DNA of 64,000 nt from a virus (lineage: Duplodnaviria > Caudoviricetes), in the IMG/VR virus record IMGVR_UViG_2902699553_000002, positions 3,496 to 67,495 of that record; one strand, given 5' to 3'. A program made the position numbers and the translations under genes. Below are positions 1 to 8,075 of this stretch, piece after piece. Each line of letters opens with the position of its first letter. Position 1 is the first letter of the stretch. Under the pieces are notes generated by a model, which ran no database searches, was not told the origin of the DNA, and saw only the letters and a program-made list of their open reading frames with translations.

Positions 1-62
1 ACGCACAAGGCCCTGAATTGGCTGAATTATTGGTATATCCCGGGAGGGGTTGGGAGAACCTC

Positions 63-83
63 TGGTGCCGGGGACCGGACTCG
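63..83 (-). other. Probable att core: duplicated 3' end of a tRNA (likely tRNA-Leu)
   Basis: Minus strand reads CGAGTCCGGTCCCCGGCACCA, i.e. T-loop 3' half, acceptor strand and CCA; the rest of the tRNA is absent; lies just downstream of the xis-like gene. Confidence 0.75.
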
Positions 84-124
84 TGCTCCAAGCCCAGTAA
101 GGACCCGATCATCATGAGCGTAGT

Positions 125-346
125 TCATGCGTAGTCAGCGGTCAGCAACGCGTCTACTTGCTCGATGGGGATAAGCCCGCATCCATTCATGCGCAGCTTG
201 CCCGTATTCACCAGTTTTCGAACCGTGGCGCGACTCAGATCGAGCATCTGGGCCGCCTGTGTCATTGTGACATGCGGGGGTCGTGGGTGGCGCTCTGCGT
301 AGATTTGGACCGCCCGCACCGCTGTTTTTAATTCTGCGTCCATCAA
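125..346 (-). CDS. Excisionase-like HTH DNA-binding protein
   Basis: 73 aa, VTMTQAAQMLDLSRATVRKLV HTH motif, next to the att core. Confidence 0.7.
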   Translation of the reverse strand: MMDAELKTAVRAVQIYAERHPRPPHVTMTQAAQMLDLSRATVRKLVNTGKLRMNGCGLIPIEQVDALLTADYA

Positions 347-810
347 GCCGTCTCCTCGGCCGCCACAAGGCGTCTTCCCATCACGTTGTAGACCGGATTG
401 AACCGGGCTATCATTTCACCCTCCATGCCGAGAACGTCCTTCTCTGCGACCGGAATGAATGCGACGCTATCGAACTCCTTCTCGCCGGTTAAGTGCGCGG
501 CGATTCTGGCAAAGAATGTCTTTGTCATGCCGATGTAGACGATCTCCCTATTGCGGATGAGAAAATAAACTCCGCATGGGTTGCGAGGAAGCGACTTCAA
601 TTTCAGAACCGATACCGTCGTGGGAAGCGGATCGTACATGGTTCTTCTCTTCATCGCTGACTCCATTTCTTTCCTCAATACGACCACCGAGCCACCCTCT
701 CGAACTGCGTGAGGGACTTTGTTTGCCTTGAGCCATTTGGCCCTCCCCCAATGCGTATGGCATTTAGTCAGCTCGGCAAGTTCATTTTCGGTCAGAAACA
801 TCGAATCCAT
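343..810 (-). CDS. DUF4224-like (excisionase-like) domain fused to a GIY-YIG nuclease domain
   Basis: N-terminal MFLTENELAELT..W L..N..P; C-terminal GVYFL..IVYIGMT..RIAAH..E..N; SD-like GGGAGGGG before the ATG at 810. Confidence 0.65.
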   Translation of the reverse strand: MDSMFLTENELAELTKCHTHWGRAKWLKANKVPHAVREGGSVVVLRKEMESAMKRRTMYDPLPTTVSVLKLKSLPRNPCGVYFLIRNREIVYIGMTKTFFARIAAHLTGEKEFDSVAFIPVAEKDVLGMEGEMIARFNPVYNVMGRRLVAAEETA

Positions 811-882
811 TTCCCCTCCCCTTCCAATACCACACACCCAGAACCGCCTCTCTTGCACTAATGCGCTTGCCGGTGGCGATGG

Positions 883-1128
883 TCATGATTTTTCTCCATT
901 GCATTTCGGGCATGGAATGCCGCGTTTCGCAGTCGTCGCCATCACGAACATCCAGTCCGTTACCTCGCTGCATTGGCGGCAGGCGAATCGCACAGCAGCC
1001 GGTACGCCGACCGGATAGTAGCCACAGTCATCGCCCGTTTCGACTACATGCATGCGGACTAGCTTGGGCTGGCGTTGCTGATGCTTCGGCACTTCGCCGA
1101 ACAGGTCGATTACTTCGCGGCGTTCCAT
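883..1128 (-). CDS. Small Zn-ribbon phage protein
   Basis: CRQC...CPKC pairs; in operon context. Confidence 0.55.
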   Translation of the reverse strand: MERREVIDLFGEVPKHQQRQPKLVRMHVVETGDDCGYYPVGVPAAVRFACRQCSEVTDWMFVMATTAKRGIPCPKCNGEKS

Positions 1129-1137
1129 GACTGCTTC

Positions 1138-2322
1138 CTATGCGCCTTTGACACAGAGCACCTGTTTCAGGATGTGCACGACTTCAACCAGGTCACGCTG
1201 GTTCTCCATCACGACGTCGATGTCCTTATACGAGCCTGGGATCTCATCAAGTACTGCGTCATCCTTCCGGCACTCGACGCCAGCCGTCTGAGCCTCAAGA
1301 TCGGCGACAGTGAAAGTCCGGCGCGCGGTTGCGCGGCTCATCTTCCGGCCGGCGCCATGCGAGCATGAGCAATACGACTCCAGATTCCCTTTGCCGCGGA
1401 CGATGTAGCTGCGCTGACCCATTGAGCCGGGGATGATTCCGAGGTCGCCAGCACGCGCCCGGATTGCACCCTTACGCGTCACCCAGAGGTTGCGACCGAA
1501 ATGGTTCTCGCGCTCGACGTAGTTGTGATGACAGTTCACCGCTTCATGCGTGATCGTGAATTCGACCGCGATGTGTCGGCGCAGCGCAGCAATGACAGCC
1601 GTCATCATCACTCGGCGGTTCTCTAGCGCGTAGTCTTGCGCCCAGTTGACCGCCTCGACGTAATCGTTAAAGTTGTCCGTGTCTTCCGGGAAATAGGCCA
1701 GATCACCATCGGGCAGCTTCACGTAGTACTGCTCCATGAGTTTCTTGGCCTTCTCGATGAAGTAACGGCCAATCAGGTTGCCAACGCCACGCGAACCGCT
1801 GTGGAGCATGATCCACACGTCCTGCGATTCGTCCAGGCACAGCTCAATGAAATGGTTGCCCGAGCCAAGGGAACCCAACTGACGTTCCATGTTCTTGTTG
1901 TGGACGCCCGGATGCTTCTCGCAGACTGCGGCGTATCGCGTCACCAGACCCATCTGGATTCCCGGCAGACGGTCGGGATTGTGTGCGCCACCCGTACCTA
2001 GCGGCACGTCACGCTCAATCTGGTGGCGAATCGCCAGCAACGAATCCGGTAGATCGGATGCCTTCAGCGAGAGGCGCACGGCATTCATGCCGCAACCGAT
2101 GTCAACTCCAACGGCCGCCGGCACAATGGCCTTGTCCGTCGCGATCACCGTTCCGACCGTCGCGCCAATACCGGCATGCACGTCCGGCATGCATGCAACG
2201 CCATTGCCCGCGATAAACGGCAGGCGAGCGATGTTCTTCAGTTGCTGAAGCGCCGAATCCTCAACCTCATCGGTCCAGATTTTGATCGGGCGTGCACCTT
2301 CTTCTTGTATGACCTTTTTCAC
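1138..2322 (-). CDS. rtcB: RtcB family RNA ligase (2',3'-cyclic/3'-phosphate to 5'-OH)
   Basis: MPDVHAG, VGVDIGCG, LGSGNHFIE, HSGSRG, HHNY, PGSMG, SHGAGR, DEIPGSYK motifs all intact. Confidence 0.95.
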   Translation of the reverse strand: MKKVIQEEGARPIKIWTDEVEDSALQQLKNIARLPFIAGNGVACMPDVHAGIGATVGTVIATDKAIVPAAVGVDIGCGMNAVRLSLKASDLPDSLLAIRHQIERDVPLGTGGAHNPDRLPGIQMGLVTRYAAVCEKHPGVHNKNMERQLGSLGSGNHFIELCLDESQDVWIMLHSGSRGVGNLIGRYFIEKAKKLMEQYYVKLPDGDLAYFPEDTDNFNDYVEAVNWAQDYALENRRVMMTAVIAALRRHIAVEFTITHEAVNCHHNYVERENHFGRNLWVTRKGAIRARAGDLGIIPGSMGQRSYIVRGKGNLESYCSCSHGAGRKMSRATARRTFTVADLEAQTAGVECRKDDAVLDEIPGSYKDIDVVMENQRDLVEVVHILKQVLCVKGA

Positions 2323-2486
2323 GTCTGCTCCTCAGTTGTCCGTTCCATCTCTTCGATCAGCCGGCGACTTTCGTCGACCAGCGGTCCCCAGTGCCGAACG
2401 GCCTCGCGCGCAGATATGAGGGCGCACTGCGGACAGTCTTCGGACCACGGTATTCCGTGGCTGCAGGTTTGGCCGGGTTCGGTCAC
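2319..2486 (-). CDS. Small hypothetical Cys/His protein
   Basis: CSHG...CPQC; GTGA overlaps with neighbouring genes. Confidence 0.45.
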   Translation of the reverse strand: MTEPGQTCSHGIPWSEDCPQCALISAREAVRHWGPLVDESRRLIEEMERTTEEQT

Positions 2487-2620
2487 AATTGCCCCTTTGC
2501 GCACCATTGCGCCGGCAGATCACTGCCGTAATAAACACGGAAATTCCCTATACCGATGGCGCCCAGCAAATAGAGCGCGACGACGCATATGCCGATGACG
2601 GCAAAACCATTTCGGATCAT
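2483..2620 (-). CDS. Small membrane protein (45 aa, not in ORF track)
   Basis: MIRNGFAVIGICVVALYLLGAIGIG...; GGAGG SD; stop overlaps next start. Confidence 0.5.
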   Translation of the reverse strand: MIRNGFAVIGICVVALYLLGAIGIGNFRVYYGSDLPAQWCAKGQL

Positions 2621-2720
2621 CGCACCTCCCTGTTGCACAAAATCCTCACCATCAACGCACATCGAACCGGCTGATTCGGGAATCGCGCGAATAGCCAGTC
2701 GATCATTTTTTGGGTGTCGG

Positions 2721-3038
2721 TCACAACTTCTCCTTATCTATCTGCGACCGGGCGGCGTCGATAGCGGCGTCCAAGTTGGCTTCCGAATCACTTGCAGCGA
2801 CGATGCGATCATCCCAACCTTCGTCGTCGGCAACGAAATAAGCACGCATCCAACGCCAGCGTTCCGCATCCATCCGTGACCGCTGGTTTTCTAGCTTGAG
2901 GGTTTCGACTTGCGACAGGAGGACGGTAAGTGCATTCGCAGATTTCGTAACGACATCCGCATCCTTCAGGCTCACTCGATACCAAATCGGTTGCAGCCGC
3001 TCGACCAGAGCCTTGACTTCATCTGCTGTCACGGTCAT
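2721..3038 (-). CDS. Hypothetical phage protein (Ead/Ea22-like C-terminal motif)
   Basis: DAERWRWMR...LDAAIDAAR motif common in lambdoid early genes. Confidence 0.6.
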   Translation of the reverse strand: MTVTADEVKALVERLQPIWYRVSLKDADVVTKSANALTVLLSQVETLKLENQRSRMDAERWRWMRAYFVADDEGWDDRIVAASDSEANLDAAIDAARSQIDKEKL

Positions 3039-3234
3039 CTCCCAAAATCAACTTGCGCGCGTTGGGTTGTGGCAGAGCCTCGAGCAAGCGCACCAACGTG
3101 TCGAAACTCGGTCGGCGATGGTTGTGAATCAAGTGAGACAGGAATGGAAGATCGAAACCGGTCTTCTCTGAGAACTCCGTGAGAGTCATCTGTCGTTCAA
3201 TCGCCACGCGCAGGCGGTTGCCAAAAGTGCTCAT
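3019..3234 (-). CDS. XRE-family HTH regulator
   Basis: FGNRLR..MTLTEFSEKTG..FLSHL..RRPSFDTL. Confidence 0.75.
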   Translation of the reverse strand: MSTFGNRLRVAIERQMTLTEFSEKTGFDLPFLSHLIHNHRRPSFDTLVRLLEALPQPNARKLILGDDRDSR

Positions 3235-3235
3235 A

Positions 3236-4696
3236 TCAGGCCCCGGCAAGCCGCAAAATCTCGCGCACGAATTTGGCATCCGATTCCTTACGAGTCGGCT
3301 CGATCAATTGCCGCTCAGACCAATCATCGGTAATGGTCGCAGCCTCTTCCCGGATTAGCGCCAGTTCGTCATCGCTGAGATCCGCCCGCTCCAGCACTTC
3401 CGCCCTTGATGGTTGCGCTGCTGCGGGATGGGTGTAGAGCGGTATATCCCCTGATTCCTGTTGCTTAAAGATCACGCCTGTTTCTCCACGCGCGACATTC
3501 GCCAGATCAAACTGAGTCGTCCAACCCACAGGCACATTCTCCTCGGCTGACGCTATTGGAGCGGGAGGTTTGATTCCGGCGCTGGTGGCGATTTGCTCTA
3601 TCTCGGCGAACTGGTCTTCGTCCAGAATACCTGCTAGGCGCGCCATAATCCGCTGTATGGCTTGCGGCGCTCCAATCGCAGCATCTGTTTGCGCAGCATC
3701 CAAAAGCTCTACAGCTTTGACGAAAGCCATATTCATTTTGAAGTCGTGGCCATGGTCGTCAACAGGACTTGATTTCCTGATCTGATTGACCAGATCGATC
3801 AAGACGTCCTCTGTGCGACAGGCTCGCTCCTCCAAAGCGATAGCGCGCGCAATAAAATCTGTTGGCTCTGCCGCTACTGGTACAGCCTTCTGTGCGAGAG
3901 CGGCTTGCCAGATCGTGAATCGGTCTTTGCACGCATCTACATCGTCACCGTACCAACCGAACTTGTTTTTGTGCCATGCGACAAACCGCGTCCGCTCATC
4001 GCCATCTTGCGGAACGGTGGTGGCTTGAGTGCCTGCGTACAACGGCGTATCCCGAAACAGCGTTTCCTTTCGCTGAATGCCGGGGGTGCGGTCAGGCCCA
4101 GCAGTTTCATCGTCTGGAAGCATGTTACGCAGTTCATGACCATTCACATAGGCCACCGCTGCGGCCTTGTTGGATGCGAGAGCGGCTTGCCATACATGGA
4201 AGCCGAATTCCTCTGCCCACTGATCAAAGTGTTGAAAATAGATTGGACCTTTGAAGGCACTTTTCCACTTTCTGTAAGCAGTCCATTGCACTTGTAGCTC
4301 GTCACCATCTTTCGGAATGGGGGCGGCTTGGGTGCCTGCGCGCCAGTTGGCACATCCCTCGCGAACGCGCGGAAGATCGCCGCCGCATACGCATCGGTCG
4401 CCTTCCGAGCAGTGGCCCGCGCCCCCATCACCAGAATGGTCAGATTGGGCGACTCGAGGCGCTGGCACGCCAGAACTCTCGTCTATGTGAACCAGAATGC
4501 GCTCTGCGGTATCTCGGCTGATTCCATAGCCGTTGCACTCACACTCAACTGCGTGAATAACTGCATCCACTCGGTGCTTAGCCCCGGCATGAGACGTGCG
4601 GCGCAATTCGAACAAATCGCCAGCCATCGCTGGATAGCCGTTTTTCTTAAGCAATCCGATTGCAACGGAAAGCGCGATCTCTTGATCTTCAGTCAT
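3236..4696 (-). CDS. Large mosaic hypothetical early protein
   Basis: 486 aa with repeated blocks AGTQA..P.DGDE..WQAALA and ..PLY. Confidence 0.65.
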   Translation of the reverse strand: MTEDQEIALSVAIGLLKKNGYPAMAGDLFELRRTSHAGAKHRVDAVIHAVECECNGYGISRDTAERILVHIDESSGVPAPRVAQSDHSGDGGAGHCSEGDRCVCGGDLPRVREGCANWRAGTQAAPIPKDGDELQVQWTAYRKWKSAFKGPIYFQHFDQWAEEFGFHVWQAALASNKAAAVAYVNGHELRNMLPDDETAGPDRTPGIQRKETLFRDTPLYAGTQATTVPQDGDERTRFVAWHKNKFGWYGDDVDACKDRFTIWQAALAQKAVPVAAEPTDFIARAIALEERACRTEDVLIDLVNQIRKSSPVDDHGHDFKMNMAFVKAVELLDAAQTDAAIGAPQAIQRIMARLAGILDEDQFAEIEQIATSAGIKPPAPIASAEENVPVGWTTQFDLANVARGETGVIFKQQESGDIPLYTHPAAAQPSRAEVLERADLSDDELALIREEAATITDDWSERQLIEPTRKESDAKFVREILRLAGA

Positions 4697-4725
4697 GGTT
4701 ACTCCAATGAGGCGGGGCTAGGCGG

Positions 4726-4890
4726 TCAGACGCGCGCAGCAGTGCGGATGTTTTCGTACACGTCCGCCGCACGCTCACGCTCTTTGCCGACCGGGCAGGC
4801 GCAGAAGTACGCATATGCGGCTTTCTCGGCACCGCGAAGCTTGTCGATTGCGGCGTTGCGCAACTCAATCAGCTTTTGATCCTCGTCCAT
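4726..4890 (-). CDS. Small hypothetical protein (54 aa, not in ORF track)
   Basis: MDEDQKLIELRNAAIDKLRG...; purine-rich SD upstream. Confidence 0.5.
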   Translation of the reverse strand: MDEDQKLIELRNAAIDKLRGAEKAAYAYFCACPVGKERERAADVYENIRTAARV

Positions 4891-5006
4891 CTCTCATCTC
4901 CAATAATCCAGCATCGCCGATACCACGAGCAGCATGGCGATACGGTTGTTTGATGCTCTCAAAAGCGGGGCCGCAGCCCCTTGCCGCGCCGAGGCGCTGT
5001 TGGTCG

Positions 5007-5711
5007 TTACTCCGGTTCACTAACCGGCTGCGTGAGTTCGTACGGAACCGGTCTCGGAAACCATGTCGGCAACTGTTCGAACGAATCGCGCATCTTCATG
5101 ATTCCGCCGAACACTTCCAGATCGCCCAGGCCACCAACCACGAACATGAGCGGACTGTCGGCGTCTTTCGTAAAGAACCGGATGCTGCCGAAGTGCTGGC
5201 CGATGGTCAGGGCGTCTTTCAGATAAGCCGGATTGATCGCGCCGGAGATGCCCTCGTTATAGCCGCGCGCCGCTGCGACATTCTCGATACGAGGAAAATT
5301 GCCCTCGACCAGCGCATTGCCTGGCTGGATGAACTGGGCCTGCCCATTTTCATCGTTGACCATCGCGGAACCGTTCGACATCACATCAAGCGTGCTCTTC
5401 GCGTTGCACGTCTTGAGCCCGTCCTTCTTGATGGACACGATCACCTCTTTCTCTGCGTAACCGTGTTGATCGCGGATCACGACATACCGATGGCCGTCCG
5501 TAGCGACGATCATTACGGTGTTGTCTTCGAGTGGGCGGACATTGACGCCATTGAGGTAATAGCGGATATCGTTCTGCGCCATGAACGGAAAGGCCACCTT
5601 GACCGCCATTGCATTGATGCGCGCGATCATGTGTGGCGCTTCCTTCGATTCAGGCTCGGCAGGCGCCACGCCGTCGATTGAAAGCTGCTCTTGTTCTGTC
5701 GTTGCGTTCAT
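5007..5711 (-). CDS. DNA polymerase III beta-clamp-like protein (short form)
   Basis: DIRYYLNGV...VATDGHR...GNFP and INPAYLKDAL match DnaN middle/C-terminal domains. Confidence 0.75.
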   Translation of the reverse strand: MNATTEQEQLSIDGVAPAEPESKEAPHMIARINAMAVKVAFPFMAQNDIRYYLNGVNVRPLEDNTVMIVATDGHRYVVIRDQHGYAEKEVIVSIKKDGLKTCNAKSTLDVMSNGSAMVNDENGQAQFIQPGNALVEGNFPRIENVAAARGYNEGISGAINPAYLKDALTIGQHFGSIRFFTKDADSPLMFVVGGLGDLEVFGGIMKMRDSFEQLPTWFPRPVPYELTQPVSEPE

Positions 5712-5869
5712 AGTCATCCTCAATTAGGTGCCGCCACCCTTTAAACTCTGGACCCGCTTTCGCCTAGCAGAGGGATGGCGGCGGTAAAACTTCACGCCGC
5801 CTGTTGCCGAAGCACGGTTTCGCCCGACGCGGTTTCGATGTGGCGGATCAGGGCGGCGCAGATTTGGGG

Positions 5870-6634
5870 TTATGCAGCTTCAGCGAACGTAAGCCGTTTG
5901 TACGCAGCGCGAGCCATGCGCACATCATTGGCGCAGTACTCGGCCACTTCGGCGATACGGCCGGCAGCGACCATATCCCATACCTTGGAGCCGTCCACAC
6001 CGTCAGTCTTGCCGGGAATGCCCAGCGCGCCGCAGAGCCGGTCAAGCCCCACTGATCCCTTGAACCCGGCCCATCGCGTCATGGTGTCGAAAACGTAATC
6101 GTCCCAGGGGCGTGCGTGAAACGGGATGATTGACGGCGGTTTGATGCCCAACACGACCGCACGCTGGAAGATGAAGCGCAGATCAAATTCGGTCACATAA
6201 TGGCCGATAAACACCGGGCGACGGTCGGAACTTGGCGTGTACACATCCTTGATCGCGTCGAATGCGGATCGCAGCACCTTGGCTTCGTCATGCGCCCAGT
6301 CTTCGGAATAGAATGTGACCGGCTCGGCGTCGTCCAGTGCAATGCCGATCACGGCGATTTGACCGGATCCGCCATCGAATGAGGTCTTGCGCCACTGTTC
6401 TTGCGCGGCTTCCTCGAGCTTTTCATCGCGGAAGCGTTCTACCCACAATTCGAGCGCCTTATCCTTCGATGTGTACTTGATCTCGCTCGCGTCGGTCATG
6501 CCCAGATCGGCGCAGGCCTTTTCCTTCGTCAGCGTGGAGGGGGCCTTGAAGTTCTCGCGCAGATCGGCGCGAATCGCTTCGAGCACGGCGGGGTTTGTCG
6601 AGGGTATGGTCTCGATGTCCAGAGTCACATTCAT
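5870..6634 (-). CDS. 3'-5' exonuclease (DEDD/PolB-like RNase H fold)
   Basis: LDIETIP, GHY..FDLRFI, FDTM, EYCANDV exonuclease motifs. Confidence 0.8.
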   Translation of the reverse strand: MNVTLDIETIPSTNPAVLEAIRADLRENFKAPSTLTKEKACADLGMTDASEIKYTSKDKALELWVERFRDEKLEEAAQEQWRKTSFDGGSGQIAVIGIALDDAEPVTFYSEDWAHDEAKVLRSAFDAIKDVYTPSSDRRPVFIGHYVTEFDLRFIFQRAVVLGIKPPSIIPFHARPWDDYVFDTMTRWAGFKGSVGLDRLCGALGIPGKTDGVDGSKVWDMVAAGRIAEVAEYCANDVRMARAAYKRLTFAEAA

Positions 6635-6644
6635 TATTGCCTCC

Positions 6645-7313
6645 TTAAATGATTGACCAGGCTGCGCGGGCGTATGCCGGAGCAAAAGGCACATCGTCGT
6701 CGTAAGCCCCGCCGTCGTGCGGACCGGTGTCGTAATCCTGGTGCGATGCCGTGGCGGGGCGCTTCTTCATCGGGCGGTCAGCGAGTTGCGCAACCCGTAA
6801 CGCCAGCGCTTCGGGCTTTGTCTTGCCATTCAGAATTTCAGCCGCCACCAGCTCCGTGCCAGCTTCGAACACGCCGACGAGCTTTGCGGTCCATGCCGTC
6901 TGACCTTGATTCTTGCGGCTTTCCTCTTCGGTCTTCTGAAGCAGGAAGCCGATTGGCTTGTTGGCCAGCTCAGGAAACACCTGGCCCTGCTCGGTGTATT
7001 CCTGCTTCGTATCCTTGTTCCAGCGCTTCACCGGCCCCGGAACAGGCTTGATGCCGCGCAGCTTCAGGCACGTCATGAGAGCCATCAGCAGGTCATAGCC
7101 AGACAGCTTTTCGCCGTCCTTCTTCATCGTATAGACGTACTGGCGAGTCTCCCGGCCATCGTTGGCTTGCAGGTTAAGGACAACGCCGCGCGTCCCCGTC
7201 TGTGCCTCGATATCCTCTGCATAGAGAATCTTGCCGATGTACTTGCCAGTTTCGTTGAGCCACTTGCCGGTGAAGTCGGCATTCATCGCGGCTTGCTTGT
7301 CGAGTTGATACAT
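6645..7313 (-). CDS. Phage single-stranded DNA-binding protein (DUF669-like)
   Basis: Acidic tail YDDDVPF; between Sak4-like ATPase and exonuclease. Confidence 0.65.
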   Translation of the reverse strand: MYQLDKQAAMNADFTGKWLNETGKYIGKILYAEDIEAQTGTRGVVLNLQANDGRETRQYVYTMKKDGEKLSGYDLLMALMTCLKLRGIKPVPGPVKRWNKDTKQEYTEQGQVFPELANKPIGFLLQKTEEESRKNQGQTAWTAKLVGVFEAGTELVAAEILNGKTKPEALALRVAQLADRPMKKRPATASHQDYDTGPHDGGAYDDDVPFAPAYARAAWSII

Positions 7314-7325
7314 GTCTGATTTCCT

Positions 7326-7988
7326 TTAGGCTGCTTGCTTGAGGTCGTAATAAGCCGTGATGGCTGCATCCACCATCGCGAGGTCATTCTCGATATGGTC
7401 GGATTCGAAAAGGCCCAGCGGACTCTTTACTGTGTCCTGGCCGTTGTTCCTAGTGCTGAACGTGTACTCGCCGTTCGTCACGCCAGTGCGTAGAACGATA
7501 GTGACAAGTCCCTCCATGACGATCTTCTCGTCCAGAAGCTTGCCAATCGTCTTGATCTTGGTCTTTCCGAAGTCGTCGGTGCTGGTATGACTGAGGATGT
7601 ATACGCGCTTGTGATCCGGCAACGAGCTCGCCGCCATGAGGATGTCCCAGGCATGGCGGGCGATTTCGTTGTACTTGGCGAACGCACCATTACCCGTCTC
7701 AACGTCCGTCACACGCCGCATAAATTCGTTGGCGAGGCAGTATTGAAAATCATCAAGCACAATGATTTCCTTTTCGGTGCGCTGCATGGCGGCCACGATG
7801 TTTGCGCTGTTATCCGTCACGTAGACAGAACCACCCTTACCCTTGACGATTGGCTTCCATGCGCCAGATCGGAATGGCAGCGGCTTTTTCACCGCCTGAA
7901 TCAAAAGGGTCTGGCTCGGGTCCAGATTGCGCAAGCTGGTCGTCTTGCCGGTTCCGCTCTCGCCGATGATTAAGGTTGCTATGCTCAT
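7326..7988 (-). CDS. Sak4-like AAA ATPase / recombinase
   Basis: Walker A GESGTGKT, Walker B IIVLDD, VKSPLGLF..IENDL. Confidence 0.8.
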   Translation of the reverse strand: MSIATLIIGESGTGKTTSLRNLDPSQTLLIQAVKKPLPFRSGAWKPIVKGKGGSVYVTDNSANIVAAMQRTEKEIIVLDDFQYCLANEFMRRVTDVETGNGAFAKYNEIARHAWDILMAASSLPDHKRVYILSHTSTDDFGKTKIKTIGKLLDEKIVMEGLVTIVLRTGVTNGEYTFSTRNNGQDTVKSPLGLFESDHIENDLAMVDAAITAYYDLKQAA

Positions 7989-8075
7989 TTTCAGATTCCT
8001 TGTTTGATTGGGATTCCTGCTGCTCGCGCTCTTCGCATTCCTGCTGTTGACGCCAACCTGGGCCATCGTCGGAGG

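Noticed and set aside
63-83. Complete tRNA gene
   Set aside because: Only the 3' 21 nt are tRNA-like; no D or anticodon arm upstream
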